From: Actinomycetota bacterium
GTDB lineage: Bacteria; Actinomycetota; Acidimicrobiia; IMCC26256; PALSA-610
Direction of reading: 5' to 3'
Length of the DNA stretch: 22,686 nt
NCBI GenBank assembly: GCA_034408875.1
Contig: JAWXCJ010000340.1
Span: 1 to 22,686 of the forward strand
The notes beneath the pieces are model-generated. The model searched no databases. It saw only the letters and a program-made list of their open reading frames with translations, and had not been told where the DNA came from. Made by a program: the position numbers and the translations under genes. Of this stretch, positions 22,180-22,686 are shown piece after piece. The first letter of the stretch is position 1. Each line of letters begins with the position of its first letter.

Positions 22180-22210
22180 CCCACACGTGGTGTGGGCTAT
22201 CGACGCATCC
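22166..22210. terminator. 45-bp perfect palindrome (21-nt arms, 3-nt centre) overlapping the hydrolase stop codon; candidate factor-independent terminator.
   Basis: GGATGCGTCGATAGCCCACAC-gtg-GTGTGGGCTATCGACGCATCC. The arms are exact reverse complements with no following U-tract, as is common for actinobacterial terminators. Both ORF-track ORFs covering it translate to mirrored peptides. Confidence 0.45.
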
Positions 22211-22518
22211 CGTTGGTTGGGTGCGGCGGGCGGCCATGGCGCCCCGCGCCCATTCTCCCGGAAGAGATCGCACCGTTCGACTTCGGCCCGCGCGAAGTCG
22301 TCGGCATGTGGAGCACTCAGGACCTGCGGCTCGCGTCGGGCAACTGGATGGAAGCTGGGTCAGAAGCCCGCTGCGGTTCACGAAAGCCACCGGTATCAAC
22401 GCCGAGGTGACGGTCCACTTGCATCGCAGCGCGGTGGCCGATCGGGCGTGCCGCCCAGTCGTTGCTCGTCGAGTCGACCGCGGTGCGGCAACCGCCCGGA
22501 TCGCGACTCGAGAGCTCC

Positions 22519-22686
22519 TAGAAGTCGTCGGGCTCGCGCTCGACGTCGGCGGCCGACAGCTCGAACTCGCCGTTGCGGAACACGAGGCTCGCGGGCCGGC
22601 CCGCGAGGGGCGGGCGCAGGTCGCCCCGGTTCATGTCGACCCGCACCGCAATGGTGCGCCGGCCCGCGGCCGTGAGCATCGTGACC
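22519..22686 (-). CDS. 3' end (last 55 codons) of a hypothetical gene that continues beyond the window end.
   Basis: The reverse frame ends ...RTIAVRVDMNRGDLRPPLAGRPASLVFRNGEFELSAADVEREPDDF* with a stop at 22519-22521. GC3 is near 100%, against about 75% for the complementary frame. No family is recognised. Confidence 0.5.

Noticed and set aside
22034-22675. ORFs 22034-22675 (+), 22148-22399 (-) and 22192-22410 (+) downstream of the hydrolase.
   Set aside because: The first two owe their similar peptides (GCVDSPHVVWAIDAS) to reading through the 45-bp palindrome on both strands, and elsewhere are Arg-rich. 22192-22410 has patchy codon bias. The only confidently coding signal in this tail is the - strand partial gene 22519-22686.
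1-22686. CRISPR arrays, IS elements/transposases, integrases, rRNA/tRNA genes.
   Set aside because: I scanned for spaced direct repeats, terminal inverted repeats, DDE/tyrosine-recombinase-like ORFs and conserved rRNA/tRNA motifs and found none. The only tandem repeats are the short in-gene ones reported above.

Overview
This is a 22.7-kb, high-GC (about 68-70%) chromosomal segment with actinobacterial-type codon usage. Coding density is dense, and I call about 24 protein-coding genes with no rRNA, tRNA, CRISPR array or obvious mobile element. In window order the genes are: adenylate kinase, truncated at the window start (-); a 96-aa protein with only a sigma-70 region-4-like HTH (-); a three-gene putative partner-switching operon (STAS anti-sigma antagonist, a small coiled-coil protein I recall as DUF2630-like, and a MEDS-domain/HATPase RsbA-like anti-sigma kinase, all +); a leaderless-type arylsulfotransferase-family beta-propeller protein (+); a polytopic membrane protein P1 with an extraordinary His/Asp-rich tract and a conserved Cys/His C-terminal ectodomain (+); an MFS transporter (-); a flotillin/SPFH gene, a MOSC-domain gene and a small frameshifted ORF forming an operon that ends in an AT-rich hairpin (+); an acyl-CoA dehydrogenase preceded by a translationally coupled secreted protein and a small Pro-rich membrane protein (-); a class-C-like serine hydrolase (+); P2, a clear paralogue of P1 (+); a tandem NIPSNAP-like protein (-); a PAS-GAF-PAS-GGDEF-EAL c-di-GMP enzyme (+); phosphoserine aminotransferase carrying an in-frame 18-bp tandem duplication (-); a WS/DGAT acyltransferase (-); an epoxide-hydrolase-like alpha/beta hydrolase ending in a 45-bp perfect palindrome (+); and a partial hypothetical gene at the window end (-). 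The candidates I rate as most novel are: (i) the duplicated P1/P2 family of membrane proteins with a His-rich linker and a C-terminal domain conserved in Cys/His, together with a shared TTGCAC-containing motif at their promoters; (ii) the partner-switching module that lacks a cognate sigma factor but sits divergent to a region-4-only mini-protein; (iii) the flotillin-MOSC operon with its structured leader. The many long ORFs in the six-frame track are antisense or alternate-frame artefacts typical of high-GC DNA, and I rejected them.
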